In this document: in pieces, positions 1 to 9,517 of the stretch
Layout: the number at the start of each line of letters is the position of its first letter
Position numbering within the stretch: position 1 is the first letter of the stretch
Assembly: GCA_050251055.1 (NCBI GenBank)
Contig: JBFWNL010000006.1
Coordinates: forward strand, 192,001-256,000
Direction: 5' to 3'
Origin: Bacteriovoracia bacterium
GTDB lineage: Bacteria > Bdellovibrionota > UBA1018 > JBFWNL01
Length of the DNA stretch: 64,000 bases
Notes under the pieces: model-generated
Databases searched by the model: none
Told to the model about the DNA's origin: nothing
Seen by the model: only the letters and a program-made list of their open reading frames with translations
Program-made: the position numbers and the translations under genes

Positions 1-150
1 TATTTTTGAGTCAACATCTCCTGCCAGCTCAGTGGTTGTGCGGGCAAGCTGGCGGAAAAGGATGACGTGCAAGCGATGAGCGCGCAAAGTCCACCGACGA
101 CTAGAATACGTACTGAACGATACATTTTTTCCCCCTCCGTTCCATTCAAG

Positions 151-1764
151 CTACCGCGGGCACTGCGCCATTCCGAGTAGGACCTGATTCAGATCGCCAA
201 TGTCGATGCGGCCGTTGTGATCGAGATCAAGAAAGCTTAGGGTTGGGTTCGACGACGGCGCATATGCGTTCCAGTTGCTGACGATAGCATTGAGGTCGGC
301 GATATCTACGTACCCATCAAGCTTTCCGATCGCGCCCGCGACGTTCGCTACGTCGCCCGGACAGTGACCTTTCTTTAGGAGCCCGATTTCAATCAGCGTC
401 GTGGTCGACAGGATGGGGATGCCCCCCCAGGCGTAGACCTTGCCTAAGGTATCCGCGAATTCCGACATCGTATAGCCGCTTTGGTCGATCAGGACATAGA
501 TGGTGCAAGCGGGACATAGAAATTTTCCGGCGTCGATTTCTGGCTTCCACTGGTCGATCGTTCGCCAGAAGCTTTGTCCCCCCAGCTCGGCCACGCGCGC
601 TTGGGAGAGCGCCACGGTCATGATCGGCGCCTGGCGACGAGCTACTCCGCGAGTAATGCTTTCGACCCCTAAGCTGACCCCAGCGAACGCGGGATCCGAC
701 CGGTAGCGATCGAAAAAACCCGCGATGATTTGATTGAAATTATATTTAGGTAATCCATCCGATCCAGTTCCCCAATAGGGACAACCCTCGCCGGCATGGG
801 GCGGGCACATGTAGCTCGACATTGCGCCGGTGAAGTTATCCAAATAGAGGTTTCCCCGAAAGCCGTAGGCGCGGGCTGTTTTGAGAGTTTCGATTACGTA
901 GCTGAACGTCTCAGGGCGGAAAGCCGTGTGCACGGCCGCGCTGAGGCTAGCGTTCACGTAAGGCGCCACGCCCGAAGCAGACGCAATATTCGGCTCCGAC
1001 ACGGTGCCGAGGTAGAATCCCGCCTGTACGTTCTTCGTGGTGAGCTCATTCACCCAGTTCGCCCAAGTTCCCAGCATGGCGGGCGTTTGGCGTTCGAGAC
1101 CAAACCAGGCGAACGTTCCCTCGAGGTCGGCGCTGAATGTGCGGCCTGCCCAGTTCCAGTAGATCAATTCGATGGGCAGGTAAGACGGCTGCCGAGGGTC
1201 GCCGCCCATGAGCGACAGGACTTGGCTTAAGAGGTATCGATAGGCGGCCGTGTATCCGTGCTGAGTGAGAGCGAAGTGATTATCCGCGAAGTTCCAGTTG
1301 AAATTCCAGGCGGTGTCGGGGTTTGCGCTCGATTGGTATGCTTGATGGACAGCGAAGTGCATTTTCGAAAACGGGCTCACTGGCGTGTAGGCGGGCGTCA
1401 TGCCTGGGAACCCGTCCGCACAGCCCTTGCCATTAATTACTTGGTTGTGAGGTGGGGGGAGCCAATAGGCGTCGGCAGCGTCGATCGGATGCTGGCAGGT
1501 GGCGACGGCCGCCGCCACGGGGGCGCCGGGAGCGGAGCAATCGCTGGATCCACACAGGAGTTTGTTTCGCTCGCCGGGCGCCATCGTGGCCAAGCTACCG
1601 TCGCCCACGGCGCGCAGAATGGCCTTCAGCTTCGCTTCTCCCTTGAGTGACGCGGTAGAGAGCGCTTCCGCCCGGGCTTGTCGTTGACCGTGGAGTCCGG
1701 GCGCGCAGGCGGAGGTCGCCGAGACGAATACCAGGGCATAAGCTATCTTCGTCAGATACTTCAT
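151..1764 (-). CDS. Secreted lipoprotein with C-terminal dockerin/EF-hand-like tandem Ca-binding motifs (cassette 1 cargo)
   Basis: Lipobox-like ATSAC after a hydrophobic N-terminus; C-terminal GDV...DGYVDIADL and DLDHNGRIDIGDL motifs resemble a dockerin duplicated segment; central domain unassigned. Confidence 0.65.
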   Translation of the reverse strand: MKYLTKIAYALVFVSATSACAPGLHGQRQARAEALSTASLKGEAKLKAILRAVGDGSLATMAPGERNKLLCGSSDCSAPGAPVAAAVATCQHPIDAADAYWLPPPHNQVINGKGCADGFPGMTPAYTPVSPFSKMHFAVHQAYQSSANPDTAWNFNWNFADNHFALTQHGYTAAYRYLLSQVLSLMGGDPRQPSYLPIELIYWNWAGRTFSADLEGTFAWFGLERQTPAMLGTWANWVNELTTKNVQAGFYLGTVSEPNIASASGVAPYVNASLSAAVHTAFRPETFSYVIETLKTARAYGFRGNLYLDNFTGAMSSYMCPPHAGEGCPYWGTGSDGLPKYNFNQIIAGFFDRYRSDPAFAGVSLGVESITRGVARRQAPIMTVALSQARVAELGGQSFWRTIDQWKPEIDAGKFLCPACTIYVLIDQSGYTMSEFADTLGKVYAWGGIPILSTTTLIEIGLLKKGHCPGDVANVAGAIGKLDGYVDIADLNAIVSNWNAYAPSSNPTLSFLDLDHNGRIDIGDLNQVLLGMAQCPR

Positions 1765-1794
1765 AGAACGTTCCCCCTAAAGAAATCCTAGAAA

Positions 1795-3300
1795 CTATTC
1801 GAGTTTCATACAGATCGCGTATACGGTGCAGGTGCCATGGCCGTTGCCATCGCCGTCATTCGCGGCTTCCTGCATCGTGCAGCCGCGAGTACCGCTCGGC
1901 CAGACGTTGGTGTCGTCTTCACCCGCGCCGCACTGGTGCCCGCAACCCACGCGCACGCGGTCGCTAGCGCAGTCCACGCTGAGCGGAGTCGTGCCGAAGT
2001 TGTGACCAGCCGTGGAGGTAACGCTGGCCACCGTCACATTGGCGGTAGCGGGAGCTCCGCCGCCTGAACCATTGGCGACGCAAACCGGGTTACCGTTGTT
2101 GATGCCTTGCAGGACTTGCCCAGCCGGGCACATCGCGGTGACGGAACCACTGCCACCGCCGCTGGTACCCACGTCCACGCAGCTAAAACCCGCGTCGCTG
2201 ATGCGCTGAATGGCCTTTCCGCTCCCGCAGCCGGCGTAGCTTGCCGGGTTCGACCACTTCAGGCGCGCGGTCGGCTGCGGGGCATCGGCGTCGATGATGA
2301 GTCGGGATGTGTCCGCCGTGCCGATTTCCACTACTTTCCGGGTTTGTCCGGAGATGTTCTTGTCTTGAACGCGAAAGTAACCACCCACGAAAAGACTTTG
2401 TCCGGAAGAAAGCGATCCGCCTGCGCTGACGGATTGACCGGCGATGATTCGGTTGCTGGCATACAGAGAGAACGCGTCGTTGCCTGCCTGTCCGAAGTAA
2501 TCGGCGGCGGAAGGCGCGAGCGCGATCCGGGAGCGCAGACACATGCTTTTTTGCGGGCTCCCGTCCGTGCCGTTCACCGGGTTGCCGTTCGCGTCGGTGA
2601 CCTCCGCGACCCAGGTGCCGCCTTCGTCTTCGCAGAATTTCTGCGCCGTTTGGGATTCCGTTTCCCCGGATCCCACGCAGCTATCAATGAGGTAGCTCAC
2701 CGGCTCGTTCTTGGGCGCGATGACCGGGCCATGGCCTCCTCCGCCGGGACCGGCCGCGGGGTTGGTGACGTCCGCGAGGTGGTACACGACCGGTTTGAGC
2801 GCGACGGGGAAATCGTACACGCTGTCGCCACCGATGGAGTGATGCACGGTCATTTCCAGCTTGGCCGTGAGCAGCGGTTCCAGGCTCGCGGTCCCGGGCC
2901 GGAATTGCAGGGCCGACAGGCGCGCCTTGCGCAGCGAAGAATTCAGCCCGAGCTCCCGGCGGAACGCGGATTGCGCGGTCGAGCCTTGGGGAGGTTTTTC
3001 CACGCATCCGCTTTCTCCGGGCAGACAATAACGGGCGAAGACATACTTGTCCGGATCCGTGGAGCCCCCGGGGTGTTTATAAATCCAACCGTATTCCTGC
3101 ACGATCTCTGAGCAGAGCTTGCGGTTGGAGAGGATGGCGTGCGCGTAGTTCTTTTGCTCTTGGGCGTTGGTGAGTGAAGCGAGGCGATGGGATGCGCGCG
3201 TGGTATTGAGCATGCCCGTCTGCAGGGCATACAGCGAGATCAAGCCGACGGACATGGCGACCATCGCGGATAGCAGGCTCATGCCTTGTTCGCTTTTCAT
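1795..3300 (-). CDS. Type IV prepilin-like protein with long Cys-rich C-terminal extension (cassette 1)
   Basis: MKSEQG|MSLLSAMVAM class III-like signal; CxxGxxhxxI...C repeats; ends in CASDRVRVGCGHQC...CTVYAIC; GGGGAG RBS upstream. Confidence 0.7.
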   Translation of the reverse strand: MKSEQGMSLLSAMVAMSVGLISLYALQTGMLNTTRASHRLASLTNAQEQKNYAHAILSNRKLCSEIVQEYGWIYKHPGGSTDPDKYVFARYCLPGESGCVEKPPQGSTAQSAFRRELGLNSSLRKARLSALQFRPGTASLEPLLTAKLEMTVHHSIGGDSVYDFPVALKPVVYHLADVTNPAAGPGGGGHGPVIAPKNEPVSYLIDSCVGSGETESQTAQKFCEDEGGTWVAEVTDANGNPVNGTDGSPQKSMCLRSRIALAPSAADYFGQAGNDAFSLYASNRIIAGQSVSAGGSLSSGQSLFVGGYFRVQDKNISGQTRKVVEIGTADTSRLIIDADAPQPTARLKWSNPASYAGCGSGKAIQRISDAGFSCVDVGTSGGGSGSVTAMCPAGQVLQGINNGNPVCVANGSGGGAPATANVTVASVTSTAGHNFGTTPLSVDCASDRVRVGCGHQCGAGEDDTNVWPSGTRGCTMQEAANDGDGNGHGTCTVYAICMKLE

Positions 3301-3480
3301 TTTACTCCCCCTCTAAAAACCGACTAACACAATCAACTATAACTGGAGGCTGAGGAGATTTCAAATAAAAATTTGAAGTTAAATTTTAATATTAATCATA
3401 ATAATATCATATATTTAAATTATTTAAATTTATATAAATAATAAATTAAATGTAGCCAATTTAAAATGAAAGCTTGGGCT
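3301..3480. promoter_or_regulatory. Very AT-rich promoter region upstream of the pilin-like gene
   Basis: Near-pure A/T run in GC-rich context; TGTAGCCAA at 3451-3459 matches the reverse complement of 5467-5475. Confidence 0.6.
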
Positions 3481-3610
3481 GGAGTTAAAGGGAAATGAGA
3501 TGGAGGAGTGTGATTCAGTAGGACGCCGTTGGGTAGCGCTGGGTGGACGAGCGATCACGCGAGGCGTGCCGCCGGTCAGAGAAGTAGGGATTGGATGAGT
3601 CCTGGCTGGA

Positions 3611-4267
3611 TTATTCGGCTTGGGCGGGCGCGATGATGCCGGTGATGGTTTCGAGTACGGCGTCTCCCTGACCGCGTGAGATCAAGCGGATGGCCTCGGC
3701 GAAATGAGCCGTCGCGAATACGACTTGGGATGCCGAGCCGGTGCCCCCGAGTTGCGTCGGCGAGGCGAACGAAAAGCGCAGCTCGAATGCCGCCGTCGTT
3801 TGGTAACCCTGTGGCACATGGTGAAGATTGGCTAGCCCGACGTTGGCGGGATTGGTTTTGGGCGCGGTGGGAAAAGTCGCCAGGCCTTCCGCCCACTGGG
3901 CTATGCTCAGCGAGCCGTTGGCTTCCACGCACTTGGCGCCGAACGTGAGGGCGACTTCGGTATAGGATCCGGGCTGGATCCACGCCTCGGCGAATCCTAC
4001 GCGTTCGGACGAGAGCCGAACTCCCGCCCCTTGGTCCGACCCGAGTCGATAGCGCGTGCTTTCACCGGAGTCGTTCGCGAATTTCACCTCGTGGGCGCAA
4101 GCGGCGATTTCCCAGCCTTGGGCGCCTTCGAAGCCGGCGAATGCTAGCTTCACCACGTCCCGTAGTCCATCTGCGGTGATCGTGCCCTTGCCGGAACGCG
4201 CGGGCTCGGAGCACGCGCTGATGAGGATCAGGAGACCCGCCAAGCACCATCGTTTTTTTCCGGCCAT
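3611..4267 (-). CDS. Lipoprotein of the regulator-linked family (DUF4382-like), copy 1
   Basis: ATG at 4267 with GGGAGG RBS; lipobox LISAC; motif IQPGSYTEVALTFGAKC shared with copies 2 and 3. Confidence 0.75.
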   Translation of the reverse strand: MAGKKRWCLAGLLILISACSEPARSGKGTITADGLRDVVKLAFAGFEGAQGWEIAACAHEVKFANDSGESTRYRLGSDQGAGVRLSSERVGFAEAWIQPGSYTEVALTFGAKCVEANGSLSIAQWAEGLATFPTAPKTNPANVGLANLHHVPQGYQTTAAFELRFSFASPTQLGGTGSASQVVFATAHFAEAIRLISRGQGDAVLETITGIIAPAQAE

Positions 4268-4287
4268 ACTTCCTCCCGAAAATGAAC

Positions 4288-5211
4288 TCATGACGATTTT
4301 TCCTCGGATCCCTTTTTATCGGCCAGGGCCGGGGAATCCAGGGTTTCCGTGCCCCCGAGCGCGAATCCGCCTAAGGTGAATTGGCAAAGCAGATCCGGAC
4401 GGGAGCCCTTCGCCAGCGCCGTGAGTTCCTCCACGGCTTTCGTGATGATTTTTTTCGCCTCGGGAAACTTCGCGCGCTCCATGGAAATGGTGGCGGTGCG
4501 GGTAATGCGGAGGTCTCGCGGCAGTTGCTCGGAGGCGCGCGCGGCGAGCGAGAAGATCTGCCGTTGGAATCCTTGCAGGGCCATGTGATAAACCAGATCG
4601 TCGCATTCGAGCGGGCGTCCTCCCGAAGGGAACGTGAATCGTCCGTCGCGCACGGTGAGGAAGCCAGCGCCGACTAGGAAGTCGAGAGTCTCGCGCACGT
4701 TGGCCAGTTTGGCGGGAAAATATAGGTGCTGCTTGATCCACTCGGCGGTGGGTTCGAAGCCTTGTAGATCGACCATCTCGCGGATCGCCACGTTCAACCA
4801 GTCGGCCAGGTATTGATAGACCTCGCGTTCTTGGCGATGCTGGTGGCGGTAAATTTCTTCGTTTTGGATTTTCGACAGGGCGGTTTCCTTCGCCTCCGCC
4901 GTTTTGCCGTCGCCCAGCTGCACGAGGTTGTGAAAATACGCGCGCTCCCAAGTGTTGAGCTCCATATAATGAGCGAGCTTTTCGGCGGCGTCCGGCGTGA
5001 GTTTGCGGCAGTGGGAAACGACTTGGGTCAAAAAGCCGCGCGAGAAGCCGACTTCCTCCCCGAATTGCCGCAGGCTGAATTTGCGGAGGGTGGCTTTCTT
5101 GAACTGGGTCCAGTCGCGCAGGAAGGTGCGATAGTCGTGGTAGTCAAAGATGCGCGGCCGAGTGCTGGATCTCGTTGAATTGGCCGCGGCTGGTTTGGTA
5201 GCTTTATCCAA
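4288..5211 (-). CDS. TIGR02147/DUF4423-family putative transcriptional regulator, copy 1
   Basis: IFDYHDYRTFLRDW, FSLRQFGEEVGFSRGFL (HTH-like), W..AIREMV, typical of the TIGR02147 family; TTG start. Confidence 0.85.
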   Translation of the reverse strand: MDKATKPAAANSTRSSTRPRIFDYHDYRTFLRDWTQFKKATLRKFSLRQFGEEVGFSRGFLTQVVSHCRKLTPDAAEKLAHYMELNTWERAYFHNLVQLGDGKTAEAKETALSKIQNEEIYRHQHRQEREVYQYLADWLNVAIREMVDLQGFEPTAEWIKQHLYFPAKLANVRETLDFLVGAGFLTVRDGRFTFPSGGRPLECDDLVYHMALQGFQRQIFSLAARASEQLPRDLRITRTATISMERAKFPEAKKIITKAVEELTALAKGSRPDLLCQFTLGGFALGGTETLDSPALADKKGSEEKSS

Positions 5212-5500
5212 GTTCTTACCCCTATAACTAATCCTAACTAAAATAATCGGATATTAGAAGCAAAATCTTAATAATGAAAAGAAATATTTCCTAAAAATAT
5301 AATTAATATCAATTAGTTATATTTTAATAAACTAAATAACTTTATTGAATCAAGATAAATTGAGTAGCTAAGTTGGCTGAAAAACAAGCTAGGCTTCAAA
5401 AAAAGATATAAAAAAATCATTTAATTTAGTTTAATTTAATTAATATCAAATAGTTATAAATTATTCTTGGCTACAAAATATCTTGATTATTTTAGTCCGA
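5212..5500. promoter_or_regulatory. AT-rich divergent promoter region with two IHF-consensus sites and a flanking 12-bp inverted repeat
   Basis: WATCAANNNNTTR matches at 5307-5319 and 5444-5456; ACTAAAATAATC at 5237-5248 and its reverse complement at 5485-5496. Confidence 0.7.
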
Positions 5501-5524
5501 ACGTCTACAGTCAATCTTAGCCCC

Positions 5525-5588
5525 GCCCACGCATGGAGCATTCACCTTCGGCCCCAACAGATTTCTCCATGCGTGGGCCCCCTTTTTT
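5525..5588 (+). terminator. Terminator/attenuator-like hairpin in the leader of the beta-propeller gene
   Basis: Perfect 14-bp inverted repeat GCCCACGCATGGAG (5525-5538) / CTCCATGCGTGGGC (5565-5578), 26-nt loop, followed by CCCCTTTTTT. Confidence 0.45.
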
Positions 5589-5636
5589 GCTGCGTGAAAA
5601 CGGTGTGTTGAACCGCTAAGGTGGAAAGCGGTCTTT

Positions 5637-6692
5637 ATGAGATCTTCATGGCTCCTCAGCTTGGGTCTGATCCTGGCGTCGGCCTGTGGAACCCAATTCC
5701 ATCGCCCCACCTTGAGTTCGGACTATTTTCTCGCGCTTACGAACAGCGGCATCGAGGTATTTGAACTCGACGTGGCCGGAATCACGTTGGTGAAGAAAGG
5801 AAGCATCGCGGTCGAGAACGCGGGCACCCTGAACACGGTCATGGCCGTCGGGACGCCTTCGCGGTTGCTGTTGGGCAAACAGGAGTTGACCTGGTCGAGC
5901 TTCCAGCCCCTGTCGCCGTCGATGACCGCGTTGACCACGTTGAATCTGGCGCTCTCTCCATCGGCTTTGTTCTATCAGCCAGACCGAAATCTCCTTTTCG
6001 TCACGATCGCCGGCACGACGGACACCATTCAGGTGATTTCTGTCGAGGGTGATTCCTTACGATCGCTCGGTTCTTTTTCTCCCGGAGACAACCCACGCTC
6101 GGTGGTGGCGATGTCGGGCAGTGATTTCATTTACACGAGCGTCGGAAATAGCAAAACCCTGAAAGGCTACCGCATCGATGGTGCTTCGGGTGCCGGCGTC
6201 GCCGTGGATTCGAAAACTATCACGGGCACGCCTGGTTTTCTGCGGATTGGAGTAGACGATCACGTGCTGATCACCCACGCTTCTACCCCCCACGAACTTC
6301 TGGCGTATTCGATCGAGGCGAACTCGGGCGCGTTTTCCCTCGCCGACTCCGTGAGCCTATCGGCCGCGCCCGTCGCGATTGACTATCACGCCGCCACCCG
6401 AAGGGTGGCCGTGCAGGCGTTGTCGGGTGAGATTCAGTTGTATCGATTCAACGCCACTACCCGGCGCCTGGAGTTAGTTGGAAGCGATCACTCGACGTCG
6501 GGCTACGTGGCTTTTAAGGACAATATGCTCGCCTTCGATGCCAGCGGGAGCTACTTGGCCGCTTACGAACAGGTCAGCCGGGAGCTCGTGGTGTTCCGCG
6601 TGATAGATACGGGGTTGGCCCCGGTGCTACGCCAAGCGGCGGACTCTGGAATCACGGGAATTTCCTTTACGCGCTTCTTGTCGGACATTTAG
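5637..6692 (+). CDS. Beta-propeller lipoprotein (lactonase/YncE-like fold)
   Basis: Lipobox LASAC; repeated blade-like segments (PRSVVAMSGSDFIYTS, LAFDASGSYLAA). Confidence 0.7.
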   Translation: MRSSWLLSLGLILASACGTQFHRPTLSSDYFLALTNSGIEVFELDVAGITLVKKGSIAVENAGTLNTVMAVGTPSRLLLGKQELTWSSFQPLSPSMTALTTLNLALSPSALFYQPDRNLLFVTIAGTTDTIQVISVEGDSLRSLGSFSPGDNPRSVVAMSGSDFIYTSVGNSKTLKGYRIDGASGAGVAVDSKTITGTPGFLRIGVDDHVLITHASTPHELLAYSIEANSGAFSLADSVSLSAAPVAIDYHAATRRVAVQALSGEIQLYRFNATTRRLELVGSDHSTSGYVAFKDNMLAFDASGSYLAAYEQVSRELVVFRVIDTGLAPVLRQAADSGITGISFTRFLSDI

Positions 6693-8743
6693 GGAGCGAT
6701 CCACAGGTAGCGCATATCTTCAAACAAGGTGTGATCGCAGTTCGCGTTCGCGCCTGATCGGACCGTGAGGCGCACTTCCACGTCGGGGCTTCCGTTCACC
6801 CCTTGTCCGCTCATTTCGCCGAAGTAACTTTTTTTGCCGGCCCCGCGACCCAAGGCCCCGGAAAATGCCTCTCCCCCGCGTCCGCGGGTGTGGCCCCAGA
6901 AGCCGCTATTGATCTCGACGCCTTCGCCGCATTCCGCATAAGCCGACATGCCCGCTTGCAGGAAGAGAAAGGTCCGCAGGTGCGTGGGCACTGCTCGAAA
7001 CGGGAAGTATCCGCTGACCGTGGAGGGCGCCGCGTACGGCGGGTGGACGAAAAAGCCAGTCGAGACCGAGCCTCCTCCTGAGAGGGGGTAGCCGTTTCCG
7101 CTCCTCACGTAGCCTTGCGCGGGCGTCGAATTTTGTCCGTACCACAGCTGACGGCCGGAAGGATTCGTGGGGTCGGTCGCCCACCAAAAGGTGTTTGGGT
7201 TCGTGACGCGATCATGGAGCGGCCGCGCGACGACGCGCGCGTTTCCTAATATAACGTGGTCGCAACCAGAATTCCCCTGGCTGTCGGCGACCACCCGGAT
7301 CGTAAGCGTGCGTCCGCGCAGGTCGCGAAGTGAAGCCAAGAAGGAGACACGCCCGGCATTGCGCGGGATCGTGACTTGATGAAGCAGCGTGAGGGGCACG
7401 CCCGTGCCGTGCGCGTAAACGCTCAGGCGCGCGCCATTGCCGCAGGTAGATGCGGCCGATAGCCCTACGTCCGCGTAAAGATAATAAGCGCGGTCCGCAG
7501 CCAGCAAAAGTCCGGGGAAATCCCCGGTAATCGACGAGTTGTTTCGGCCCGGCAGGATCATCCGGGTTCCCGAGACCGTCCCCCCTCCCGAGAGCGCATG
7601 GTTATTCACGGGTTCGACGGCGCCGAGCGGATTCGTCCAGGGCTGATCGATTGGGACGCTAGTGCCCTGGTCGTTTGTCCAGCTGGCGCGCGCGTGGTTG
7701 AAGCGGTTGTCCGACCTCGGCCCTTCGTAAACCAGGTGCTGGGTCGTGGCGTCGAAGAGCTGGGGGCAGGCGTCGATATTATATTCGAACCACGGATGGC
7801 TTGGCGCCCAATCCGGTCCGAGCTGAAAGATGTGGTAGTAGCTGAATCCCGCGATTTGGTTTTCGCGGCCGATGCTTCGTAGCGCGGTTCGGACGTCGTT
7901 GCCGTTGGCGATTGTGTTGCGCCAGCCGCAACCCTGTTCGCGCCCCGCCGAAGTGTAAAGGACCGGCACGAGGGGTTTATTTAGCATGCCCAGCCGATTC
8001 AGGTCGGCGACGTAAATTTCCTGATGCCCGTCGCGGTAGTCGTAATCATCGATCCAGAGGGCGTCGTAGCTATGCGGGGTGAAGTAATGTTGGTAGCGCT
8101 CTTCGATGTCCGCTGCGGTGAGCGGGCGGCGATCAGCGGGCGCACGGTCTTGCTGCGCGTAGTACGGCGCCCAAGTTTGCGTGATGGCCACGGGGCGCGC
8201 CTGGATGTTCGGATCCAGCTGGCGAAGTCGATTGTAGATGCGGATCTGCGCGGCATTCGGGATGCTCCATTGTCCTGGCTCGTCGTGCGTGTAGTAACCC
8301 ACGAATAGATCCGCGTTTTGGAGTACGGTTTGTACCGCCGCCGTGAGCGGCGCCCAGTCGGCCGCGGTGGGGTGCTCGGGGCAGTAGCCCGGATACATTT
8401 GATTCGTGTTCGAGTTCCAGATGGGCGGGTTGCAGATCGCCCAGACGGGCGTACCGACGTTGGCGATCCACTTGAATTTCCTGAGCGTGGCGTGGCCGCG
8501 GATGATTTGAATCGTGTTCGCGTCTTGCACGGAGTTTCCGGTGATATTAACCAGGAGCGCGTTCAGTCCGAACGCGTTGAGATCATCGAGCAGCTTGAGG
8601 TTTTCGACGGTGAGATTCGCCGGATCCCGTTGGGGATAGGCGACGCGAAAATTCGGCGGATAGAGCTCCGTGGCCCCGGCGCTCGACGCAGCCATGCCGA
8701 GCATCCCTAGGGCTCTGAGAAGCGACCCGATTTTAATGCGCAC
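6689..8743 (-). CDS. Secreted glycoside-hydrolase-like TIM-barrel protein with two NPCBM-like C-terminal domains
   Basis: Signal peptide; GYYTHDEP motif; two internal repeats SGGG.VS...G.SA...CG.G...CDH. Confidence 0.6.
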   Translation of the reverse strand: MRIKIGSLLRALGMLGMAASSAGATELYPPNFRVAYPQRDPANLTVENLKLLDDLNAFGLNALLVNITGNSVQDANTIQIIRGHATLRKFKWIANVGTPVWAICNPPIWNSNTNQMYPGYCPEHPTAADWAPLTAAVQTVLQNADLFVGYYTHDEPGQWSIPNAAQIRIYNRLRQLDPNIQARPVAITQTWAPYYAQQDRAPADRRPLTAADIEERYQHYFTPHSYDALWIDDYDYRDGHQEIYVADLNRLGMLNKPLVPVLYTSAGREQGCGWRNTIANGNDVRTALRSIGRENQIAGFSYYHIFQLGPDWAPSHPWFEYNIDACPQLFDATTQHLVYEGPRSDNRFNHARASWTNDQGTSVPIDQPWTNPLGAVEPVNNHALSGGGTVSGTRMILPGRNNSSITGDFPGLLLAADRAYYLYADVGLSAASTCGNGARLSVYAHGTGVPLTLLHQVTIPRNAGRVSFLASLRDLRGRTLTIRVVADSQGNSGCDHVILGNARVVARPLHDRVTNPNTFWWATDPTNPSGRQLWYGQNSTPAQGYVRSGNGYPLSGGGSVSTGFFVHPPYAAPSTVSGYFPFRAVPTHLRTFLFLQAGMSAYAECGEGVEINSGFWGHTRGRGGEAFSGALGRGAGKKSYFGEMSGQGVNGSPDVEVRLTVRSGANANCDHTLFEDMRYLWIAP

Positions 8744-8883
8744 GAAAATGCCCCCTCGGAAAGTAGGTTCCCGGCCAAGTTCGGGGGCAGAGACAGGCTT
8801 GGCCTTGTCTTTAGCCTACCAGCGCCGGGGCGCGGAAAAAATGTGTCCTTATTGTCCTAGGGGGCTTTTTCGCCGAGGGTCGC

Positions 8884-9354
8884 CTAAATTCGCTTATAAA
8901 CGCACGCCTCGGAGGCCTTATCTTTGGCTTTGTAGCTTACCGTGAGTTGGTTCTTTTTCCTCGTGGTCGAAGTACGGCTCTGTTCCGTCTCGAATAGGAA
9001 TAAAGTGTTCTTGTGAATGTATTTGGAGACCAGGGAAGACGTGTTTCCGCTGTCGCGATAGCATTGATTGATCAAGGGGTTTCCCTTGTTCACGCAATCG
9101 TAGGCTTTCTGGTTCATGTGTTGGATCAGGTACGAGTACATTTGATTGAATTCTTTCTCTTCGCTGGTCGCGTTGAGATCGCCTTTCTCATCCACGGCGT
9201 ACTCAAAAGTGGCCGGGCACTTTCCGTCCAGAATGGTCTCGCCGGAAACCTTCTCGTACTTTCCTACGTAAGCGGGAAAGGGACTGGCCGCGAAAGCGTT
9301 GGTGGAAGACGTCAAAGCGAGAGAAAACGCGAGAAACAAAAATGCTTTCTGCAT
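8884..9354 (-). CDS. Small secreted hypothetical protein
   Basis: Signal peptide ending AFA; AGGAG RBS; four Cys. Confidence 0.7.
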   Translation of the reverse strand: MQKAFLFLAFSLALTSSTNAFAASPFPAYVGKYEKVSGETILDGKCPATFEYAVDEKGDLNATSEEKEFNQMYSYLIQHMNQKAYDCVNKGNPLINQCYRDSGNTSSLVSKYIHKNTLFLFETEQSRTSTTRKKNQLTVSYKAKDKASEACVYKRI

Positions 9355-9517
9355 GGATTACTCCTTATTTTGTTCGCCCGCAGGATCTTTCCCGTCGCTT
9401 CCTATAGATGAATTAACTCGGTGTGTCAATTCAAAAGAATCTGGCTCCTATATCTGTTTTTAAAGTGCCTGATCTCCGAGAGGCGGATATTTTCCATGTG
9501 TTCCAGAAGGAGGCCCC

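Noticed and set aside
5212-5500. AT-rich spacers as CRISPR leader or replication origin
   Set aside because: No repeat-spacer array, cas genes or DnaA-box cluster; position between divergent genes fits promoters
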